64,000 nucleotides of DNA from Vicinamibacterales bacterium (GTDB lineage Bacteria; Acidobacteriota; Vicinamibacteria; Vicinamibacterales; CAVVIG01), in NCBI GenBank assembly GCA_046331345.1, contig JAXLRA010000006.1, positions 623,614-687,613 on the forward strand. The letters are read 5' to 3'. Positions 45,022-51,397 of this stretch are shown piece after piece. Position 1 is the first letter of the stretch, and the number at the start of each line of letters is the position of its first letter. The position numbers and the translations under genes were made by a program. Below the pieces are notes generated by a model. The model was given only the letters and a program-made list of their open reading frames with translations. It did not search any database and was not told the DNA's origin.

Positions 45022-46200
45022 ATGCGGGCGTTTCGACGGTTTTCTGACTGGTGGTTCGAGGTCTGGCGCGGCGATCCGTTCGCGTCCGACCTTCCGATGC
45101 AGGGCGAGCACAGCGTCGCCCGTGCCCGCTTCCTCGTCATCGGCTGCCTGACGCTGATCAACGTGATGATCACCGCGTTCACGCCCGGCAATACGGACTT
45201 CGACGGGTCGCTCCCGCTCAACCTGGCCGCGTGGGCAGGCGCGGCCGTGGTGCTCATTGCGACGAGGCGCGGCAACAAGCCTGGCTGGCTCGCGGTCTGC
45301 ACGGTGGTCGGAGATGTCTCCGCCGTCTCCCTCCTGATGGCGGCCGACCTCCTCAAGGGCCTGCCGTCGGTGGTCCTGAACAGCCGGGTCACGTTCTGCA
45401 CGTACTTCCTGGCCATGGTCGGCACCTGCGTCCGGTTCAGTCCGGGCCTCGCGGTGCTGAGCGGTGTTGTCGCAGGCGTGCAGTACGCCGGGCTCGCGTA
45501 CTGGGGCATCAGCATCTGGCCGGACACGCCGACGCTGGACGTCATCCAGCACGGCCAGGTCACGGCCGGCGTCCAGATCGAACGCATTGCGACGCTCATG
45601 GTCTTCGGCGGCCTGTGCGCGTCCATCGCGAACTGGGCGAAGACCCTCCGATCGACCGCCACGCACGATCCGCTCACGGGCCTGCTCAATCGGCGCACGT
45701 TCGACGAGCAACTGCACGGGGAACTCCTGCGCGCCGAGCGCAACGGCGACCCGTTTGCCGTGGCCATGATTGACGTGGATCACTTCAAGCGCGTGAACGA
45801 TCATTACGGGCACTACGCCGGCGACGAGGCGCTGAAGTCCGTCGCGATGGTCATGCGTGAAACGCTGCGCCAGACCGACCTCGTTGGCCGCTGGGGCGGC
45901 GAGGAGTTCGCACTGGCCTTTCCGTCCGAGCGCACGGCCTCAAGCAGCGTCATGCTGGAGCGCCTCCGCTCGGCGCTCGAGTCGCGCATCACCGAACTGC
46001 CGAACGGCACGAAGATCAGGCTGACGATTTCAGCTGGTGTCGCATTCGCGCCTGAGGACGGTCGCGACGCCACGACGCTGCTCGCCGTGGCCGACACCAG
46101 GCTGATGGAGGCGAAGCGCCGCGGCCGCAACCGCGTGGTCGGCGACGAGACCCCGGTGCAGGTGGACCTGATCGAGCCCGCGTTCGAGCAGGAGCAGTGA
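45022..46200 (+). CDS. membrane-anchored diguanylate cyclase (GGDEF)
   Basis: An N-terminal multi-transmembrane region is followed by DPLTGLLNRR...DVDHFKRVNDHYGHYAGD...RWGGEEFAL. Confidence 0.9.
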   Translation: MRAFRRFSDWWFEVWRGDPFASDLPMQGEHSVARARFLVIGCLTLINVMITAFTPGNTDFDGSLPLNLAAWAGAAVVLIATRRGNKPGWLAVCTVVGDVSAVSLLMAADLLKGLPSVVLNSRVTFCTYFLAMVGTCVRFSPGLAVLSGVVAGVQYAGLAYWGISIWPDTPTLDVIQHGQVTAGVQIERIATLMVFGGLCASIANWAKTLRSTATHDPLTGLLNRRTFDEQLHGELLRAERNGDPFAVAMIDVDHFKRVNDHYGHYAGDEALKSVAMVMRETLRQTDLVGRWGGEEFALAFPSERTASSSVMLERLRSALESRITELPNGTKIRLTISAGVAFAPEDGRDATTLLAVADTRLMEAKRRGRNRVVGDETPVQVDLIEPAFEQEQ

Positions 46201-46237
46201 GGACGGACGCCGGGAGACTCAGGAGGATGGGACGCGG

Positions 46238-46843
46238 CTATTCGCGCACGGACACGCGCGTGATCATGTCGCCGACCACCAGCTTCGCGGGCACATCGAA
46301 CCCTTCGATCACGCGGCCGATGACCGCGTACTGGCCGTCGAGTTCGGGCTTGTCATCGAGCACGACGTAGAGCTGGCTGTCGGCTTTCGCCGGCTCGCCC
46401 GCATGCGCCAGGCCCACCGCCATGGCGACATTCTTCCGCTTCAGTGAGACCTCGGCGACACCGATCGGTTTGCCGCTGGACGCCTCGACACCTCGCCCCC
46501 ACCACTGCTGCTTCTCGAGATCGCGCGTCTGCGGATCGCCGAACTGGACCACGAAGTGCGGCAGCGCGCGGTGCACGCGCTGGCCGTCGTAGAAGCGATC
46601 CTTCGCGAGCCCCACGACGTGCGCGACAGAGATCGGGGCGTCGTGCGGATACAGCTCGATGGCGAAGGTGCCCTGCGACGTCTCGACGACAAGGACCGGC
46701 GCGCTGCCCTGTGCCACGAGGCGCGGCCCGACGACGAGGTAGGCGCCAGCTGCGAGGAGGATACCGGCCACCACAAGCATGACGGCCCGGCCGCGACGCG
46801 TCAGCGACTGCAACTCGGTGAGGCGGGTGCGGGTGTTGGTCAT
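46238..46843 (-). CDS. cyclophilin-type peptidyl-prolyl isomerase (membrane-anchored or exported)
   Basis: ORF trimmed to ATG 46843. It has a transmembrane anchor followed by FAIELYPHDAPISVAHVVGL...FHRALPHFVVQFGDP. Its start overlaps the nth stop (ATGA). Confidence 0.88.
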   Translation of the reverse strand: MTNTRTRLTELQSLTRRGRAVMLVVAGILLAAGAYLVVGPRLVAQGSAPVLVVETSQGTFAIELYPHDAPISVAHVVGLAKDRFYDGQRVHRALPHFVVQFGDPQTRDLEKQQWWGRGVEASSGKPIGVAEVSLKRKNVAMAVGLAHAGEPAKADSQLYVVLDDKPELDGQYAVIGRVIEGFDVPAKLVVGDMITRVSVRE

Positions 46844-47547
46844 GACGCGAGGCGCTCCGGCGCCGGATGTTTCGACACCGCGCTCACCCCGCGCTTCGGG
46901 CAGTCCGGCTCGATTACGCAGCCGTTGCAGCGCGGGTAATTGGGCCGGCAGACGTTCTGCCCCCAAGTGACGAGGTAGAGGTTGATGTGCGGCCACCACT
47001 CTCGGTCGGTGGCGGCGTAGAGCGCCTGCTCGGTCTCTTCCGGTGTGCGGGTCTTCACCCAGCCGAGCCGGTTCGAGATGCGGTGGACGTGCGTGTCCAC
47101 ACAGATGTTCTGCTGGCTGCGGAACGACAGGATCAGCACGAGATTGGCGGTCTTGCGGCCGACACCCGGGAACAGGAGCAGTTCCTCCATCGTGCCCGGC
47201 ACGACGCCGCCGAACCGCTCGAGCAGCAACTGGCAGGTCGCCTTCACGTGCTTCGCCTTGGTGTAGAAGAAGCTCACCGGCTTGATCAGCTTCTCGATCT
47301 GCTTCACCGAGAGCTTCACCATGACGTCGGGAGTCGGCGCGACCTTGAACAGCCGCGTCGATGCCGCGAGCGTCGTGGCGTCCTGCGTCCGCGCGGAGAG
47401 GAGCGTCGCGATGAGGACCTGGAACGGATCCTCTTGCTGGGACTCGGAGATCTTCTCGATGGCCGGCAGCTCGAGCCCGGTGATGGCGCGGGAGAGCTTG
47501 CGCATCACGGCCTCCACGTTCTGCGGGCGCTTCGGCTTACGGCTCAT
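46840..47547 (-). CDS. nth: endonuclease III
   Basis: ORF trimmed to ATG 47547. It has an HhH-GPD region (LLLFPGVGRKTANLVL...VDTHVHRISNRLG) and the 4Fe-4S cluster CRPNYPRCNGCVIEPDC. Confidence 0.92.
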   Translation of the reverse strand: MSRKPKRPQNVEAVMRKLSRAITGLELPAIEKISESQQEDPFQVLIATLLSARTQDATTLAASTRLFKVAPTPDVMVKLSVKQIEKLIKPVSFFYTKAKHVKATCQLLLERFGGVVPGTMEELLLFPGVGRKTANLVLILSFRSQQNICVDTHVHRISNRLGWVKTRTPEETEQALYAATDREWWPHINLYLVTWGQNVCRPNYPRCNGCVIEPDCPKRGVSAVSKHPAPERLAS

Positions 47548-47564
47548 AAGATGAGAGCGATGCT

Positions 47565-47597
47565 TGCGTTTCAGAACCAGCTGTAGTGTGAAACGCA
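47565..47597. other. 9-bp stem hairpin between the 2-hydroxyacid dehydrogenase gene and nth
   Basis: TGCGTTTCA, a 15-nt loop, then TGAAACGCA. There is no U-tract on either strand. Confidence 0.5.
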
Positions 47598-47615
47598 GCC
47601 TCCGCGGTTGGCAAT

Positions 47616-48554
47616 CTACGGAATGGGAGTCACGGGCGGCCGTCCGCTCAGGACGGCGATCACATTCGCAGCGGCGAGGTCTGCCATCGCGGTACGCGTT
47701 TCGGTGGTCCCGCTGCCCAGGTGCGGCACGAGCAGCACGTTCTCCAGCTCGAACAGGTCCGGGTGGATCGTCGGCTCCTCTTCGTACACGTCGAGTGCGG
47801 CACCGGCGATGAGGCGCTGCTTGAGCGCCCACGCAAGCGCACCTTCATCAACCACCGGCCCGCGGGCCGTGTTGATCAGGTATGCGGACCGTTTCATCCG
47901 CGCGAGCGCCTTCTGGTCGATCAGGTGCTTCGTCTCCGGGGTCAGCGGGACGTGCAGCGAGACGATGTCCGAGGTATTGAGCAGCTGGTCGAGCGGCATC
48001 CGTTCGGCGCCGGCCAGCCCCTTGTCGCTCCGCGACGAATAGGCCACCTTCACCCCGAACACCGCGGCGCGGGCGGCCACGGCTGCGGCAATGCGCCCCA
48101 GCCCGACGAGCCCGAGCTGCTTGCCGCGCAGCTCCGTCCCCAGCATGTAGTCGAAGGCCCAGCCCTTCCACTCGTGCCGGCGCACGACGCGCTCGCCTTC
48201 CGAAATGCGGCGGGTGATGCCGAGAATGAGCGCCCATGTGAAATCGGCCACCGACTCGGTCAGCACGTCCGGCGTATTCGTGCAGATGACGTTGTGCGCC
48301 CGGCACGCGGCCACGTCGATGTTGTTGTAGCCCACCGCGACGTTGGCCACCACCTTCAGGTCTGTCCCCGCATCGAGGAGGGCATCGTCCACGCGCTCGG
48401 TCAGCATCGTGATCAGGGCGTGCTTCCCGACCACGGCCGCACGGAGCTGTTCCGGCGTAATCGTGCCCTCGCCGGCAAACACCTCGACGTTGCCGACAGC
48501 TTCGAGCTTCGTAATAACGGAGGACGGGAGCTTGCGGGTAACGAAGATGTTCAT
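47616..48554 (-). CDS. D-isomer-specific 2-hydroxyacid dehydrogenase (glyoxylate/hydroxypyruvate reductase-like)
   Basis: ORF trimmed to ATG 48554. It has the NAD motif GLVGLGRIAAAVA and a catalytic region (NTARGPVVDE...EPT...LVPHLGSGT). Confidence 0.88.
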   Translation of the reverse strand: MNIFVTRKLPSSVITKLEAVGNVEVFAGEGTITPEQLRAAVVGKHALITMLTERVDDALLDAGTDLKVVANVAVGYNNIDVAACRAHNVICTNTPDVLTESVADFTWALILGITRRISEGERVVRRHEWKGWAFDYMLGTELRGKQLGLVGLGRIAAAVAARAAVFGVKVAYSSRSDKGLAGAERMPLDQLLNTSDIVSLHVPLTPETKHLIDQKALARMKRSAYLINTARGPVVDEGALAWALKQRLIAGAALDVYEEEPTIHPDLFELENVLLVPHLGSGTTETRTAMADLAAANVIAVLSGRPPVTPIP

Positions 48555-48564
48555 TTCGGTCCGT

Positions 48565-48624
48565 GTAGTGTCCACCTTCAGGTGGACCACTCTGCTGACA
48601 GGCCCGCCTGAAGGCAGGCACTAC
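48565..48624. repeat. GC-rich REP-like composite hairpin (CTGAAGG core)
   Basis: The outer stem is GTAGTG...CACTAC. Inside it are GTCCACC-TTCA-GGTGGAC and GCCTG-AAGG-CAGGC. The first inner hairpin has the same sequence as 4847-4866. Confidence 0.75.
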
Positions 48625-48634
48625 ATGAGGCGTG

Positions 48635-48889
48635 TCAGTGCCCCAGAGACTTGCAGTAGCCGCAGTGGTCGCAACGATGGTTCGGTTCGATGATGCACTC
48701 GCCGTCCGGAGTGCCAGCCACGACGAACAGGCTGTGGCTTGCGTGAATCTGGATGCCTGCGGGTGCCGGCGACGGCGCAGCCGGCTGCGGGTGTTCCGCC
48801 TGCGGCTCGCGCGACACCCCGGGAGCCCCGGCATGCCTCGCGATGGCCTCGCGAATCATCGCGCGCAGATCCTGTTCAGAGAGCGCCAT
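48635..48889 (-). CDS. 84-aa hypothetical protein with an N-terminal encapsulation-peptide-like helix, a Pro-rich linker and a C-terminal Cys/His cluster
   Basis: ATG 48889 has an AGGTGG Shine-Dalgarno and lies 14 nt inside the upstream BMC-P gene. The sequence is MALSEQDLRAMIREAIARHAG - APGVSREPQAEHPQPAAPSPAPAG - ...GECIIEPNHRCDHCGYCKSLGH. Confidence 0.6.
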   Translation of the reverse strand: MALSEQDLRAMIREAIARHAGAPGVSREPQAEHPQPAAPSPAPAGIQIHASHSLFVVAGTPDGECIIEPNHRCDHCGYCKSLGH

Positions 48890-49154
48890 CGATGTCCACC
48901 TGATCGATGATCCCAATGACCGCCGCATCTACGGGCGCGCCCTTCTGCCCGAGCGCCTCGTTGGCAGCCCGCCCCTCGACCACGACCAGCACCTTCTCGT
49001 GCACGCCCGCACCAACACCGTCCACAGCCAGGAGCGGCGTGCCGCGCGGCGTGTCGTCGAGGTTGAGCGGCTGCACCATGAGCAGCTTGGCCCCCTCGAA
49101 CTTCCGGTGTTTCTGCGTCGAGACCACGGTCCCGATCACGCGGGCGATCTGCAT
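48876..49154 (-). CDS. BMC vertex pentamer protein (EutN/CcmL family), copy 3
   Basis: ORF trimmed to ATG 49154. The sequence is MQIARVIGTVVSTQKHRKFEGAKLLMVQPL...AVDGVGAGVHEKVLVVVEG...VDAAVIGIIDQV. Confidence 0.88.
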   Translation of the reverse strand: MQIARVIGTVVSTQKHRKFEGAKLLMVQPLNLDDTPRGTPLLAVDGVGAGVHEKVLVVVEGRAANEALGQKGAPVDAAVIGIIDQVDIDGAL

Positions 49155-49157
49155 CTC

Positions 49158-49232
49158 AGTTGGCGATGGGCGCTGGGCTATGGGCGCCGGGCCTGCTGGA
49201 GGCCTGCCGCCCATGACCTATCGCCCATGGCC
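49158..49232. repeat. inverted heptad repeat (TGGGCNN / GCCCATG) between BMC-P copies 2 and 3
   Basis: ttggcga tgggcgc tgggcta tgggcgc cgggcct gctggag gcctgcc gcccatg acctatc gcccatg. Confidence 0.7.
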
Positions 49233-49233
49233 G

Positions 49234-49500
49234 TTACTCCGTATTCCAATGGTCGACGATGCCGACGATGCCGGCGTCGACGGGGGCTTCGACCGGATAG
49301 AACGGAAAGCTGGCTTCCTTGCCGCGAACGAAGAACACCTCTTCGCCGACGCCCGCGCCGACGGCGTCGACCGCGACGAGCGGGCGTCCGGCCGGTTCCC
49401 GTTCCGGCGTGAGCGGCTGCACCAAGAGCAGCTTGATGCCGGTGAGGTTCTCGTCCTTGCGGGTCGAGACCACCGTGCCGATCACGCGGGCAATCTGCAT
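49234..49500 (-). CDS. BMC vertex pentamer protein (EutN/CcmL family), copy 2
   Basis: MQIARVIGTVVSTRKDENLTGIKLLLVQPL...AVDAVGAGVGEEVFFVRG...VDAGIVGIVDHW. Confidence 0.88.
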   Translation of the reverse strand: MQIARVIGTVVSTRKDENLTGIKLLLVQPLTPEREPAGRPLVAVDAVGAGVGEEVFFVRGKEASFPFYPVEAPVDAGIVGIVDHWNTE

Positions 49501-49501
49501 G

Positions 49502-49771
49502 TCAGGACGAGACTTCGATGGTGTCGATGATGCCGACGATGGCGGCGTCGACCGGGCAGTCCTTCATGCCCGACGCCATGCGCGCCGAGCTGCCCGAGAC
49601 GATGAGCACGGTTTCGCCGACGCCGGCGTCGACCGTGTCCACCGCCACGAGATAGCTGCCCTCGGCCTTGCCCTTCGGATCGACCGGCCTGACGATCAGC
49701 AGCTTGTTGCTGACCAGCCGGGGGTCCTTCCTGGTGGCGACGACCGTGCCTACGATCTTTGCGAGGAGCAC
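49502..49771 (-). CDS. BMC vertex pentamer protein (EutN/CcmL family), copy 1
   Basis: GTG start at 49771, 7 nt after the BMC-H stop. The sequence is (M)LLAKIVGTVVATRKDPRLVSNKLLIVRPV...AVDTVDAGVGETVLIVSGSSAR...VDAAIVGIIDTI. Confidence 0.85.
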   Translation of the reverse strand: MLLAKIVGTVVATRKDPRLVSNKLLIVRPVDPKGKAEGSYLVAVDTVDAGVGETVLIVSGSSARMASGMKDCPVDAAIVGIIDTIEVSS

Positions 49772-49778
49772 CCGACTA

Positions 49779-50069
49779 CTAGGCCTTCGCGTTCGCCTTG
49801 CCGATCGGCAGCACGTCCTCGAGGTTCGCGTGCGGACGCGGGATGACGTGCACGGAGACCAGCTCGCCGACGCGGCGCGCCGCCGCGGCACCGGCATCGG
49901 TCGCCGCCTTCACCGCCGCCACGTCGCCGCGCACAATGGCCGTCACGTAGCCGGCGCCGATCTTCTCCCAGCCGACGAGGCTGACCTTCGCCGCCTTCAC
50001 CATGGCGTCGGCGGCCTCGATCATCGCGACCAGGCCCTTCGTTTCGACCATCCCAAGTGCCTCACCCAT
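49779..50069 (-). CDS. BMC-H hexameric shell protein (PduA/EutM/CcmK-type single BMC domain)
   Basis: [60 protein letters not shown]...VHVIPRPH, with a GGAGA Shine-Dalgarno 8 nt upstream. Confidence 0.93.
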   Translation of the reverse strand: MGEALGMVETKGLVAMIEAADAMVKAAKVSLVGWEKIGAGYVTAIVRGDVAAVKAATDAGAAAARRVGELVSVHVIPRPHANLEDVLPIGKANAKA

Positions 50070-50083
50070 CGAGCGTCTCCAGC

Positions 50084-50186
50084 TGAATCTCGAATTTCAG
50101 ATTTCGGATTTCAGAATTCAGATTGGAAATGCGGGACCACAGATTGGTTTCAACCTGAAATCTGCATTCTGAAACCTGCAAGTGCC
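50084..50186. repeat. inverted heptad repeat (TCAGATT / ACCTGAA arms) between the aldolase and BMC-H genes
   Basis: Left arm: ctgaatc tcgaatt tcagatt tcggatt tcagaat tcagatt. Right arm: acagatt ggtttca acctgaa atctgca ttctgaa acctgca. Confidence 0.85.
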
Positions 50187-50198
50187 CTGTCCCTGCCC

Positions 50199-51089
50199 TC
50201 ATTTCAGGCTGCGGATCGCATCCTCGATGAGCGCAGACAGTTCGCGGTATGTTAACCGAATTTCCTCGTCCCCTGCCGGCTCCGCCGCCGTGGCGTTCGG
50301 GAGGGGCGCACCCGGGACAATCGGATCCGGCACCAGCCGGCTCCGGCCGTCGCCCTCGGGCGCCTGCACGACCTGACAGGTCACAGGCTCAGGCCCGGAC
50401 AACAGATCGCCCACAACGGACGGATCCGGACAGATCGGGGCCGGGGCCTTGATCCCGTAATTGTTCCGGAGCCCCTGGAGGCGGTCCACTTCGTCGCGCG
50501 CAATCAGGTTCTCGCGACCGAGCATGCGCGCCACGAGGCTGATCTTGGCGAAGTGCTCGATGGTTTCGAGCTTGTAGTAGGCCGCGAAGAGATCGGCGCC
50601 CAGGGTCAGCGCGCCGTGGTTCGCCAGCAGCATGCCGTCGTGCGCCTTCACGTACTTCCGCACCGCCGCAGGCAGTTCGGACGTCGAGGGCGTCGCGTAT
50701 TCCGCAATCGGAATGCTGCCGAGCGTGGTCAGCACCTCGGCGAGCACGGCCCGGTCGAGCGGAATGCCCGCGACGGCAAACCCCGTGGCAATGGGCGGAT
50801 GCGCGTGGCAGACCGCCCTGGCATCAGGGCGCTGGCGATACACCTCGAGGTGCATCAGCATCTCGGACGAGGGGTCGCGATCCCCCTGGATCTTCTTCCC
50901 GTCCATGTCCGTGATGCACATCATGTCCGGCGTCATGAACCCCTTGCAGACGCTGCGGGGGGTCATGAGCAGGCGGTCCTCGCCGAGGCGGACGCTGATG
51001 TTCCCGTCGTTCGACGCGGTGTAGCCGCGTGAGTACATCCGGCGGCCGACCTCGACGATGTCGGCGCGCAGCTGCGATTCGACGGTCAT
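50199..51089 (-). CDS. class II aldolase/adducin-family enzyme with a Pro-rich linker and a C-terminal encapsulation-peptide-like helix
   Basis: ORF trimmed to ATG 51089. The core reads ASNDGNISVR...PSSEMLMHLEVYRQRPDARAVCHAHPP...LLANHGALTLG. The tail reads ...PDPIVPGAPLPNATAAEPAGDEEIRLTYRELSALIEDAIRSLK. Confidence 0.88.
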   Translation of the reverse strand: MTVESQLRADIVEVGRRMYSRGYTASNDGNISVRLGEDRLLMTPRSVCKGFMTPDMMCITDMDGKKIQGDRDPSSEMLMHLEVYRQRPDARAVCHAHPPIATGFAVAGIPLDRAVLAEVLTTLGSIPIAEYATPSTSELPAAVRKYVKAHDGMLLANHGALTLGADLFAAYYKLETIEHFAKISLVARMLGRENLIARDEVDRLQGLRNNYGIKAPAPICPDPSVVGDLLSGPEPVTCQVVQAPEGDGRSRLVPDPIVPGAPLPNATAAEPAGDEEIRLTYRELSALIEDAIRSLK

Positions 51090-51397
51090 GCGGTGCGGCC
51101 CTGCGTGGCCATCCGCCCGGCGTGCTGGCCCGCGACGAACTGGTCGCGACACCCGGTCGAGCAGAAATAGACGCGATCGCCGTTCGTGCCCGAGAGGGTC
51201 ACGGCCCTGTCAGGAACGACAAAGGTGCCGCAGATCGGGTCGCGCGACATCTGGACGCTGCGCTGGGGTGAGCGCGAACCCGGGCGCGGAGCCGCCGTGC
51301 TCCCATCCTGCATCCCGCGGATGATGCCGGCCCAGAGGCGCGACACCGCCCGGACGACGATCGTCAGCAGGATCGACAGGAGGATGAACCGAAGCAT
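51086..51397 (-). CDS. small membrane protein with a YHS/TRASH-type metal-binding domain
   Basis: ATG 51397 gives the transmembrane helix MLRFILLSILLTIVVRAV, followed by RDPICGTFVVPDRAVTLSGTNGDRVYFCSTGCRDQF. It has ATGA overlaps with both neighbouring genes. Confidence 0.7.
   Translation of the reverse strand: MLRFILLSILLTIVVRAVSRLWAGIIRGMQDGSTAAPRPGSRSPQRSVQMSRDPICGTFVVPDRAVTLSGTNGDRVYFCSTGCRDQFVAGQHAGRMATQGRTA

Noticed and set aside
48876-49771. Three EutN/CcmL genes as a recent tandem duplication or an assembly duplication
   Set aside because: The three proteins differ at most non-core positions and at their termini, and the DNA is not repetitive between them.
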